From Tubiluchus corallicola (Eukaryota; Animalia; Priapulida): 64,000 bases of DNA. Location of the stretch: positions 372,001 to 436,000 of the forward strand of contig JAQGDQ010000062.1 of the NCBI GenBank assembly GCA_030141605.1, read 5' to 3'. A program made the position numbers and the translations under genes. The notes beneath the pieces were generated by a model. The model was not told the DNA's origin and did not search any database. It saw nothing but the letters and a program-made list of their open reading frames with translations. Shown piece by piece: positions 27,183-40,600 of the stretch. Each line of letters begins with the position of its first letter. Positions within the stretch are counted from its first letter, which is position 1.

Positions 27183-27543
27183 AAATCATTTGACATCTTA
27201 CACCCATAACAGGAGAGCCAAAAGTGCTACCAACAAAGACTTGATCACAGCCAGGCTCTAACTTGATAAACTCATGGTAAACACTTCTAAAAGACAAATA
27301 TTATGGAAGCATATTAATAACGACGGGACAGAAATAACCAAATGCAACTTCCTCATTCCAGAAAATCATTTGACACCGTACACCCATAACAGGAGAGCCA
27401 AAAGTGCTACCAACAAGGACTTGTTCACAGACTCCAGGTTTCAACTTGATAAACTCGTGGTAAACACTTCTAAAAGACGCATATCATTGAAGCATATTAA
27501 TAATGATGGGACAGAAACAACCAAATGCAACTTCCTTATTTCA
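27183..27543. repeat. Tandem duplication, period ~180 bp, two diverged copies
   Basis: Copies start AAATCATTTGACA at 27183 and 27363 and end AAATGCAACTTCCT(C/T)ATT. Confidence 0.92.
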
Positions 27544-30371
27544 TATAAAGCAAAGAGATAAGCGAATCGTTTGATTACTGTATTTGCACCTGATAGTAAC
27601 ACTGTATACATAGGCCGTTCACACGTAAAACTGGTCTTCACATATCTGGCAATGCGATCGCCAGATAGAGATTTAATAATCGTTGCCTTATACATGTGCA
27701 CGTGCCCTAATTCACACTGGTTAAATCTCAAGCTGATGCGTGCTGAAAAACAGTTACGGCTTATTACGCGAAGAGCAACCGTCCATGCATAATAAACCAC
27801 TGCAGGGATGTTTTCTGAATCTAAACTACTGCTGTTTAGAGGATCGAACCCAAATTGTGAAGGTTGTGACTGTAGTACCATCTGTGTAGTATTATTTCTA
27901 GATGAAAGAGCGCCATATCTTTGCGTTCATACGCTGCCGGCCAAGGCAACCGCAACTTTAGAATTTTTGATCCCAGCTAGAGTTTCTTACACTCCTACGA
28001 GTCAAAAAGAAGAGCTAGAATTTATTAAACAGAATAAAAAATTAATCTAAGTTCACTTGTCAAGCTATTCTTACTGTTTAGCAGTAACTAGTGACTCTAA
28101 CTCACAAACTACAAATATCATAATCTTGGCTCAAACGTAACCAAAAGCATATGAAGCATTTCTTGAAAATTACCCGGACAGAACACGCCGCACTACATGT
28201 ATTGGCTTCCCAGCATTATTAGCGTTTAACACAGTCCCATACTGTTTATATTATTAGCGTTCATTTTTTTATGTCAAGATTAGCGTCGTGATGAGAAACA
28301 CTTGGACTGGATTAAATGGATTTTTTTCTATTGTTTTTCTTTTTCTCAAATTTCTCAAACAGATTGGAAAATCAACATAAAAGAATATGAAGAAAATAAA
28401 TCAGTTCTCTGTTCTTTTAATATCGTAATAATGGCTTGGGGTGCACATGAGAAGAGTGACATGTATAATAATGTTTGTGTGTGCAAATTATTAATAATAT
28501 ATTTTTTATTGTATTTGTAACTTTGACACGATCGCTCAAACTAAACACTGATCAAATGAATCAAACCTACATAGACGGAGGAACTAACTTTCCGGGAGGC
28601 AATTAAAACCGCTACACGGTGAAACAGTAATTATTTTTCTCCTCTCAACTGTGCATTAGTATTACTTTTAGAATTAGTAACTTATGTAACCGATAACCCA
28701 TTTTGCCATAAGATAAATGGAAAAGAACCAAACTACGACTTACTGTTCAATGGGCAGTAGAACATGCGTCATAAAAACTTACATGTGGCTCTTTTCTGTT
28801 TCTCTTAGGAAGTAATTGTTATATTCTTGGCAAAGAAAAGTTAATAGTATTAGTTTCTAAAAACAGGTTATGCACGCATCATTACATTAATTACCTTCCT
28901 GGTGTTAGCTTATATTCTGCCTTAACAAATCGATTATCCGACAATAACTGAACGACTACATGCGTCACCGCTGCTCTCATATTTCCTCTTTTAACAGATT
29001 ACAATGTGTTTTTGTCAATCAGTATTGACATTGCTGGAAGCCAACACTGATTTGCTCATCGAAGGTCTGCTGTTCATTTACCTTCTTACCTCTATTTTAA
29101 TGAAAAATGCTCGAATGACATCTCAACAGTGGTTCCAACACCCGTACTTCATCAGAAGTTATGTACCGTGCAACTGGTTGCTGCTGCTGCTTTTCGTATT
29201 GAAGTTTTTCCCCTCAACAACTTCATTCATTTCAAGAGAGATGTTAACAGATACGTCATATAACTAGCAAATTATTAACTATAATTCTGTTTTTAAAGAC
29301 CTGTTCATATTTCCACCTTTCTATTGTGCCCTATACCGAGTGGCCTTCTTTGGGCGATTTACATAAAACAGACTTAAAAAATAACTTTTTTAGCCTGTTA
29401 AAACCGCTACTAGTTTATTACAATTTGAACTTCACAAACACAGTCCAGTGATCTGTAAGGATATTTTTTTCTTTACTTTTGCAGATGTATTAATGATTGT
29501 TTTTATTTCATCAGTGGTCACTTTTGTTTCCTATGTAATTTGTCGACTGGTACCAGCATTAAAATATCTGCACTAAAAATGAGTTTGTTGCTTTTTTGCT
29601 GTAACGAGTCATTTTTACACATTACATGATACATGTACATGGACTTTTTCCAATCGCATTTGCTATACTTTTTGCTAACTTAACAAATTCAAATTTCATT
29701 TAAGTAGCTAAGCAAGCGATGATGGTTGTAACATTTCACATATTTCCATTTGTTGATATATAAACACTTAGAGACTAAGTTATATTCGGTTATTTGACAA
29801 GTTTTTTTTTCAATGAGCCTAAATCAATAATACATTTAATTATAGAAACACGCAAATACAGCATGGCAGCCATTCCAGCATAATGAAATTTCATTTATAA
29901 TGTACTGAAAAAATACTAATCAAACTTTTAACAACAAAATTGCTGAATATCACAATCTAACAAAAACTTTTAACTCTGATAAAGAAATATTGATTAAAAT
30001 TTAATGGCACTTACTGATGAGTGATTGATTAGTAACAGTAATCGCCAGAGTCGCAATTCTGGCACATATAATTAGCGAAATGGCTGTGTTGAACAACAGC
30101 GTTATAACTAACTAAAAGAGTAGTTTTATACTGATAAACAAGAATTTAAATAATATTCCAGTGTTTTAAAAAACTTGTTATAGCGTAGTTGACGGTCAGT
30201 ACTTTCTTATTACTACAATAAAATTTAAAACCGCGTACTTCAATTAACAGCTCAAATATTCCAATCGCCTCGCACTCAGTTCTCTGCTGCACAAAACTGT
30301 CGTCACTGATATGAATGTAGTATAAAGGTTGTCCAAACGTCATTGTTACCTAGTCTTCCCATGACCCCTCA

Positions 30372-31048
30372 GGTCAATTTCACAGGGAAGTAGCGCAGCA
30401 AATTGCCTGGAGGAGAAATTCCTTGCAGCATCCTCAAAAAAATGGAACGCATTGTTTTCTACGGTGCATTTCACAGTGAGGACGAGCGGCTAAATTCCTC
30501 GGGAGGAATTCTGTCGCCAACTAGAAGCTATGCGTCCTCCTCGTGCGGGATTTTGCCACGTTGTAGAAATACTGGATGTTCAATTTTCATGAGAATCCTC
30601 GCGCAATTCAGTCGTGAATTTAGTTACTCAGTTACTTCTTTCTTATTTAACGAGCAACAATTACCACATTTCAGAATAAAATGCTAATATTTAATCTCTC
30701 TTTTAACAGACTGACGATTTTACGTTTTATTAATGCAACATCGATGGCTATATTCGTGAAAAAGATAAATAAAGGGTGCAACCAATTAATGAAAGCAAGA
30801 CAGCACGGTGGTTGGTGGTGTTGCATCCTTATATGGACATTTGAGAAACGAAGGCTGTTGCATTAATAAAACATAAAATCATCTGTTTATTAAAAGAAAG
30901 AAATCATAATTTTATGCTAAAATGTGTTAATTGTTGTTCGTTAAACAAGAAAGAAGTAATTGAGCAGTTAAATTTTAATCAGAACATTCCTCATGAGGCC
31001 ATTTCTCCTCGAGGCATTTTGCTGAGCGTCCTCACTGTGAAATTGGCC
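30372..31048. mobile_element. Foldback MITE, PIF/Harbinger-like
   Basis: Imperfect ~55-bp TIR GGTCAATTTCACAG... / ...CTGTGAAATTGGCC with flanks TCA / TTA; inner inverted arms 30618-30740 versus 30857-30975. Confidence 0.82.
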
Positions 31049-33337
31049 TTATACAATGGTAACGGAGATAAAGGTTGTTTCAACTTGTCAGTGTTACAAC
31101 CACCCCCGGGTCTCGCATACTCAGATAAATTAATACAGTAGTAACACTACAATATAGTGCTATGTGAACGGACGATGTGTACATGTTAACATAGGCATAT
31201 ATACTACTCGCCCCAAGATTATGTAATTTTGTTATACCTACTTGTAAGCTTAATAGTACATACATTCTATGGACATTTGCAAATTACACATTTCTCGAAT
31301 TAGATGCTACCTATTTTATATCAAGGTTTACACTTATTTATATTAAGGTCGCAAGAGTGTAACCTATGACTACTAACTGACTATGCGATAGCGTGTATAA
31401 AGCTTGTATTATAAAAAATGAAATATTGAATTTACACTTTCACAATTAAAATGTCTCACGCTCAACTGAGACATTCTTTTCTCATCATTATATGCCTCAC
31501 CAAGGTATCTGGACTGTGTTGGCAAACAAAAAATTTATCATAAAAGAATTTATGTGGCCCCTTGTCACAGATAACAGGTCAAATAAAACGTCTCACGTGG
31601 TTATCAGAGAGGAAAAACATCTCCCTACAACACACCTAAAAGCTATTAACGCCCAGGCCCGGGTATAGACTGCTGGTCAATGCTTGATCTCTTTCTCTAA
31701 TAGACGACACAAAATTATTGAACTGAATATTGAGCAAGTCACGGTACTAAGGTGATTGCAGTGACCCAATTCAGTTAGAATAGGCTGAGAAAACTGTTTC
31801 TATGCAAGTGTAAACAGCTTAGTAAAAAGACGGCAATATCTAAAGATAGACTGAGCAAATAACTGTTATTAATTTGGGTAAACACTTAGTCAACGTAAAT
31901 AAGCTGAAACAATTACACTAGCCATCTTAGAAGGCGCTCTAATATTATAAACACGCAATATCATCAGTTTTGTTAACAAGAAACAAATTTATTGCATTAT
32001 GATTCACATAGAAATGTCTTACGAAAATAAAAAGCCTTTTACTACAAAATGGTTGTAAATAACACTGTTAGTATACCTATTCTCAGCTAATATAAGTTTA
32101 TAAGTAAACAACGCAAACAATAAACATATAACAAAACAAAGTAATTATTATGCCCATTAACTTGCATGCAAGCAAAATTCAGAGCTCACCAGAACAAAAA
32201 ATGACAAAATTAATACAAAACTCATTTTGTAAGTTCACTCTATTCCTTTATTGAAAGAAAATTAGCTTTTTTTTCTTGCAATTCACATCCATCTAACTTA
32301 CAGCAAATGCGCTAAATATCGTTCTTGTATTGTCTTACACATGTTTATTCAACGTCAGAAGTCTGGCAAAAGACAGCTGGATAAGATATGACATTACAGA
32401 AACAAAGTACATGTACAGAAAATAGTTAAAAAAACATCATGCAAGTTTCAATAGTGCAAACAAAACAATGGTCCAACCAACCAATATATCTCTAAAATCT
32501 CTCAGCAATGGAATGCTAATCTATATCACACTTCACCTCAAGATTTTGCAAGAATAACTGTAACTAGCTATTTAGAGCTGTAATAATTTCAAATAATTCA
32601 GTCTATTTGCTAATTCACTCAGAGTGGTACTAACCTGCATATTCCACAATCTCCAAAAGCTAGCACAGTATGAGGGAATAAAACCAGGTCATTTCAGGTC
32701 ATTTAAAAATTTATAGAAAAAACCACAAATAGTTTCCTATCATGCTACTATAAAACAAGGTATGCCAGAAATTCAGTGCCGCCAGGATAACAAAGAAATC
32801 AGAAATTTGTGGTTTTTGCTTTGTTTGAACTTGAAATAAATTTCGACCGACCTATATATTTCAATTCACCTACTATTTACTGATCATCAGAGATCAGTGC
32901 GCAAAATTTTTTTGCTTACTTTAGTACATTTATACGTACTCCAAATTTGCCTTGCATGAGTTTATTATAATTGCGCAAATACATTACATTTCAGCATGGC
33001 ACTTTCGGTATAAAAAAACTTTTTACTGATCCTTATTATTATCCTGAATGTTATGCCTAAACCTTTACTGACAGTAAAGTATTCCTAATTTTCTTCACCT
33101 AAGAGTAATGTATTATTTAAATTAATGATAATGGCACATAAGTTTGCTAATATTTTATTAGATTTATATTTTCTAATTAATCGAAAGCATTAAGGTATAT
33201 TATTTAAATTAAATGATACGTTAGTTAAGGCATAACTATAAATAAGTTGCTGGGCGTTGTTATAATGACTTCTACACACAGTCCTACAGCAATATGCTGC
33301 AAAAACTGGAATTGGAGCGCTTAAGTGGAGACACTAT

Positions 33338-33424
33338 TTAGGCCAGAGAAGGTCTAGTACCAAGACCTCCAGCAAAATCAAACGCAGTTCCTGCTACTTC
33401 ATATGCTAGCTTGTCGGCATTCTC
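33338..33424 (-). CDS. PGM3: PGM3 last exon
   Basis: [28 protein letters not shown]. Confidence 0.95.
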   Translation of the reverse strand, partial: ENADKLAYEVAGTAFDFAGGLGTRPSLA

Positions 33425-36400
33425 CTAGAATGGAAAGAAAAGTTTGTGCAACTGTAATTAAGCAAGTAACTTGATTAACATGAACTTCATAAGATAAGAT
33501 GAAATGGTTACACAAATGAAGCCTCTCTTCTCTCTGTTTTTTATCTCTGCTTATTTGATTCTAACTTATCAGCTTAGCTTATCTCTGCTTATCTGATCTT
33601 AGCTTATCAGCTTAGCTTATCTCTGCTTATCTGATCTTAGCTTATCTCTGCTTATCTGATCTTAGCTTATGTGCTTAGCTTATCTCTGCTTATCTGATCT
33701 TAGCTTACCTGCTTAGCTTATCTCTGCTTATCTGATCTTAGCTTATGTGCTTAGCTTATCTCTGCTTATCTGATCTTAGCTTATCTCTGCTTATCTGATC
33801 TTAGCTTATGTGCTTAGCTTATCTCTGCTTATCTGATCTTAGCTTATCTCTGCTTATCTGATCTTAGCTTATGTGCTTAGCTTATCTCTGCTTATCTGAT
33901 CTTAGCTTATCTCTGCTTATCTGATCTTAGCTTATCTCTGCTTATCTGATCTTAGCTTATGTGCTTAGCTTATCTCTGCTTATCTGATCTTAGCTTACCT
34001 GCTTAGCTTATCTCTGCTTACCTGATCTTAGGTTATCTGCTTAGCTTATCTCTGCTTATCTGCTTAGCTTATCTCTGCTTATCTGATCTTAGCTTACCTG
34101 CTTAGCTTATCTCTGCTTACCTGATCTTAGCTTATCTGCTTAGCTTATCTCTGCTTATCTGATCTTATCTGCTTAGCTTATCTCTGCTTATCTGATCTTA
34201 GCTTATCTGCTTAGCTTATCTCTGCTTATCTGATCTTAGCTTATGTGCTTAGCTTATCTCTGCTTATCTGATCTTAGCTTATGTGCTTAGCTTATCTCTG
34301 CTCACCTTATCTCCGTATCTGCTGGTTCTTAACCAAACTCACAAAAACCTCTCAAACTAATTGATTCTTCAGTTCTTGACGCGTCAGAGCCTACTCTGCC
34401 ATTTTAGGTCACTCAATTCAATGGTTCTTTGATACTTTGTCACCCAACAGCTATTTAGCTAATGACCTGTCGGCTAGTGGCAAAAAACTAGTTAACAAGC
34501 AAAAAACATCTGCTTATAGCAACTCTATGGCAAAGAATGAAATAACCAAAGATAGCTAAAATATGCAAATAACAACTTGTAGTTTTAGTACAAACTGCAA
34601 AAGTGCATGTGTAGTTTAAACGAATTTTAAAAGAAAAAGAATACACTCGTAAACTGTACACTATGAATGCTATGTCAGGAAATTTACCTGACTAAGTCTA
34701 TGTGTTTATTACAATATAATGAAAAACAAAGTGCCTCATCACAGATGTACCAGGAAATGGCTTGATTGTGTACAGAATTATAATAATAATAAGAAGTGCA
34801 CCCAATCAAACGGAGAATATTAGTTAGACAGGAAGTAATAATGCCAGATTACAAATACAGTATTATTATTATCATGTGGATGCCAACATCAGAAAATCAG
34901 CTAGAGCCCACACAGTCAATGTAGTTTCTAAGCAGTAAAAGGCTTTACAGCATGTCCCACTATCAAAAACAAGCAAGCAAAGCAAAGCATGGAGTAGGTG
35001 CAAATACAGAGCTGGGATGAATTTTGCTTACAACACATTCTAACCAAACAACTTGACTCTTAATGAAAGTGTGGTTGTTTTAAGATTATATAGCATTTAA
35101 GCCTAAAGACGACTAAGCATTAAGATCATTTACAGGCATAAATCTTGATTTGGGGAGTTTGGCAACTAAAATACAAAAGTAGCAGTTCCTAGAGCATTGT
35201 GGACAAAGCAGTAAAAGGCAAACAAGTTAACATGTTCATCCATATACACAAACAAACAAAAAGACATATAAACAAAAATCGGAGAATCTGTGAAACGACA
35301 ACTATGTATGATGTATGATAACTATGTAAAATGTAACAGCATACATATAGATGCTACATATAGAACACGGTTTGTCATGCAGATTTGAAGAACTGCAGAT
35401 TAGTTTGTGCTTCACTGCTTAAACACAACATCAGAGCTGCCATCACAAGTTAATTCTTCTGACGTTAACTGGACACAGCCAAAAGCCCCCAAGGGATGTT
35501 GTTGAAAACAAAGCTAATAAGCCTCACCTGCGTACTAGACTCTGCATAGATGCGAATCACGTCCTCTGTTCCAGAAGGTCTGCAATTAACCAAGATAATC
35601 ATGGCTTTCTACATAAACTCATGCCCAGTAGGGAAAAGTGATTGTTATTGTCACGGCACATATGTGCCCACTTGCAAGAGTGAATGAAAGAAGACAAGCT
35701 TAATACAAAATTTCCATACACAAAAAAACTTTATTGTTTATGCTACGATAATATATTATTTTTGTTAATGTCACTAATAATTGCCAAGATATATATGTTC
35801 GTTTGCAAAAGGCATGAATAAATGCATTATCTGCCTACTCCACTCTGAAGCAGTTCGAACGGGACAACTTACAGTTAACTAACACAAGTGCCTTCACCAT
35901 TTGAAATGAATCCTGTCTTAGGAAAAATGAAAAGTTGAGATCGACAGATGTGGGCAAGTTAAGTGGCAGAAACAAAATGAGAAAAAGGCAAGACAAAACC
36001 TAGATTTGAACTAAGGACCTTATGATTATATGCAATGCCATCACGATTAAACTACAAAACCTCTTGTGTCAAAGGCACATCTTGATACCATGAGGTTATC
36101 AGCCAGATTCTCATAGTGTGTGTTTAGTGACAAAAGTTAAGCAACATCAAGACTGGTTGGTAAATAAATAGGCAATCATTGACCACCAAATTTATTACTT
36201 GCAGCGGGCATTTTATTTACCAAAGTAGCTGTTTACCCCTAGGTATTTAGTTTGCTAATGGGGATGGTTTCATGTCTGAAAGTGGTTAAAATGCTTCTGC
36301 AAGCTCAGCGTCTTATCTCTGTAATACTTGCTGCAATTTTCACTGTCTGACACTAGGCCATAGAGATCAAGTAAACCATACAAGGATTAGTCTTGCCACT

Positions 36401-37489
36401 TGCGGTGGTCGGCCATTTGATGTGCTGTTCGCATCTTTGTAACCAGCTGACCCTTCATGTCAAAATGTCTCCATCACTTGCTTGTTTTAAATTTCGCATA
36501 AAAACACTAATTTTCACGTGTGTTTAAGTAACTCGTTAAATTTTTAAACACCTGACGTAATTTCATAAATTTTGAATTATGTAGTGCAATATTTTTTAGT
36601 TCTCTGATCTTATTGTATTTTTAACTTTGTAAAGCCGACGAACCATCTGGGAAGTCAGACTAATAAATTATTATGCTGACCAGCCGACTATTTGAAAATA
36701 CTCACATACAATTTCAAATCATGCATTTCAGAATGCAAGAGTATTACGGCGCGTCCAGACCAGCGAGTTTTCTCGTCAAATAATTTGCAAGTGTGTAGAG
36801 TCACAGAGCTAGCAATTTGTTGCAGACAGTAACTTGCAAAACATTTGCGACTTTGTCTGTCAGAGAGAAAACTCGCGACAGAGAAATCACTAGTCTAAAT
36901 GCACATTCTGTCATTCAATTTGAATTTGGGAGTAATGGAAGATTTTATTTTTACGTTACATTTAATGATTATCTAATTAGGCAAACATGCTAAGCAAAAC
37001 AATTTTCACATCACTGCCAGAGCTGGCAATTAACTATGAATAAAGAATGCCCAGAAATTCTAGAGCACAAATCCACTCTCAAAAGCTAACAAACTGTTTC
37101 TAGGCTTTTGGCAGCACATGGCATAAACACAATGCATTAACATTTAAACGTATACACTTTTTTAACTACAGTTAAACGTACAAGTGAAAACAGAATCAGG
37201 GTCAAACGACATGCTGGGCTGATACTGTCTAATACAAGTTCTGTGTGTAAGCTCAAAACAACATTAAGTCCCGCTTGTCTGCAATGTCTAAAAAACTAAC
37301 CATACCTGACAAACGACCGAGCTCTTGGATATTTAGAGATGATATCATTAATAGAATCCTGCAATCCTATCGGAGCTGTGGTCCTCCTTTCTGCATCTGT
37401 AGTCTTAATGACATTCCTATCTGCTACCTGAGTTAAAGAAAGTATTCAACTGTATGGTATAAAAGTATGATTTAGACATCAAATACATA

Positions 37490-37588
<99 letters not shown>

Positions 37589-37635
37589 CAGAGAGAGACA
37601 GAGACCGACCGACAGACCGACCGACCGACCGACCG

Positions 37636-37688
<53 letters not shown>

Positions 37689-40600
37689 AGAAGGGAAAGG
37701 AGGCAAAAACATAGAGAAAAAGAGGGCAGAATGAGAAAAGGAAAAAGTACTGTATCACTTAAACTGAAATCTAAAATTATTCCAGAAATTTCTTAACTGG
37801 GGTGTACAAGTATTACTGATATTTCAAAAACACCTGAATGCAAAAAATATCAAAGTTTACAGCAGAGCATCAATGGTTTGTAAACACAAATGGACAATTT
37901 TACGGCTTTACAGTTCAATCAGGTTTTTACCTGGACCTTTATTTGCCTGTTTGGTAGATCAGTGTACATTTGATTCCACTGTTCAGTATCCCATCCTCGC
38001 TCACGAAGAATGAGTTCAACTAACAACATATCAGATAATCCATCTCCCACTGTTTGATTGATGACGTCAACTACTGTAAGCAATTTCACTGCAGCTTCTT
38101 GAGTAGCACCATCGACGCTGAAAAACAAACTCAAGCTGTGACAAATCAGTTTAAATTGGCACCAAAACTATTACAGCATGTTTAAAACTTACAACACTTA
38201 CATCAATTACAACACTCAACAATGTATTCTAGTGTTATTATTTAATCAGCAGCAAAAGCTGACATACTGCTCAAATAATCCTATAAATATATTTGCAGTG
38301 TTTTGTGTAACTGTCTTGCTCGTCAAGATTGAGAATTTTTACACCTGCTGTAAAATATAATCTGATTATTATATATATATACAGTTAATATAATGTCTTA
38401 GTTTAGATTATTTGTCTCATTCCAGATGCATATAATATACGATTTAATTGCACACAGTTCATTATAATTGCATTGAGACGGGGTGACAAAAGATCATAAT
38501 GGTCACCTAACAGCCACCCCTATTGATAAAACATTACTATTGTATTTAGCTAACTTAGTAGTGTTATTAGCAGCTTGTGAGAGACTTATGCTTTACAGTT
38601 ATCATATTATATAATAAAATCATGTTAGTAGTTAAAAATCAACATATTTTTTACTTTAATAACATGTTACATTTTGTTAGTATCTCATTTCTATATGTGT
38701 ACGATATGCGAATGATGATTCTATTGTGCAATACAGCAAAAGACCATAGCATTACATGCATGCACGTAACTATTTCACATTATCAAGTCTTCCTGTAATT
38801 CACTACTTGATATGAATGTTATAATGTTTAAAATCCTGGTAAATAAATGCAGTTGCTTTACGAATAAGTTCCACAAACTGTTAAACTGTTCAACAACTGT
38901 AGCAACTCATACTGACTGTATATGTAACCAGATTTTGATTTTATTACAAATATAAAAATGTAGTAATGACTGGAGCAGTAAACCAATAGTCAATAAAGTA
39001 AAAATTGAAAAATTTCATATGAATACAGACAGAAAGACATACTTTGAAGTGTTTTTATTATTTGGAGAAAAAGTAACACATTTCATATAAACAACATTTC
39101 TATATTAAAACACTTGTTTGCACTTCATAAGAACAGTTTAGCAGGACCACAAGCAGTTAGGAAGTGTATAAGTATATCTATCGACATGTTCATCTACTCT
39201 ATGCTATATAAAATAACACAATTGAATCTTCTGATGTACTTGCTAGGATAAAATCTTCAAAACAGCATTGTCAGCAAAAAGTAACATTTGAATATTCAAG
39301 AAATCAGAAATAAACATGTATTAAAAATACAGAAAAATGTTAGTTTATTGTGTTTTGGTTTCCAAGTTTTACTGACGAACACAGGATAAAAAAATGCAAG
39401 TTGCATCAGTGTACCACATTAACGAAAATATCTCGTGAATAACACACTAAGCTAACAGACTAAACTTCATCCTTTGATATTAAACCTAAGCCGATATTTC
39501 AGGTAGATTTTTAAACGTTCTCTATGGTTAATATTCATTCGGCCTAAAATCTCAGGCATTCTTGTAAGATCACGTAAATTCTTGACAAGCAAAAAAATCA
39601 AAAAAGCAAAAAATGAAAAATAAATCTTATATAGAGAATTGCGAAGTCAATGTAGCCAAATCAAAGTGCTTCTGGACTAACAATGTTCATTTCACATACA
39701 CAAATATAGTTCAGTTAAATTGCCATTCCGAACTGAAAATACTGTATAGCCAACGCCCACAGAAATGTCCTTACACTGCTCATAACGCATGAGACTCCCC
39801 AAAGATTCATTTCACATGTCCAAAGCAGTTTAGAATCACAGCCCGGGCGAGAACTGAAACATGTCTCAGCTGTCTAATTCTAAAGTGTCCCTAGGAATAC
39901 TAGAAGTTAATTAATGGCAAAGAAATTCCAAGACAAGAAACTATGCACACTGTTTATAGCCTGCAGTCAAAGGATGGTGCAAAACGCATAAACTTGAACA
40001 CTGTGCCCTTAGGTAGTCAGGAATCTTGTATCTAATGGACTGTATAGGTAAAAATCTAGTTATTTGGCTGAAAATGAAATTTTCTCCTAATCTGAGCTAA
40101 AAGCATGAAACGCGTGGAAATTCCTATGTTATGGGGTCTGTAAAAACTGATGTATTTATGGCAATTGTTTTGTAACCCACTTCTACAATATTTAATAAAA
40201 CCTTCAACAAAGACTTGCAAAACTATAAAAGCTCTATTAAAGCTATCAATGTTAAGCGTTTTTTACTTCTACAAGTAATAAAGCAATGGCAGTTAGTTTA
40301 TTTGTAGTTTTTAATTACTAGAACAACAATTTATACTGAAATAAAAGCACATTACTGCAAACCATAAGTTTGATGTACATATAAACATAAATCGCACTAT
40401 CCCACAAGTGGCATAAAACTAACAGCTTGTCAACAGAAATTCACTGGAGTAAATATCATAGAGCAACATAAAACAATGAATAGCAGTCCATATCACAATA
40501 AGCGATGATAAACCACAATTCATTAAGCAGAGTAATTACAGTGAATTTACAAAACTTAATAACAGTAGAGATAGCAAACTCACAAGAAATTCTAGAAACA

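Noticed and set aside
28893-29230. Minus-strand short ORFs ending at donor-like sites
   Set aside because: No recognisable product and no phase-compatible partner exon found.
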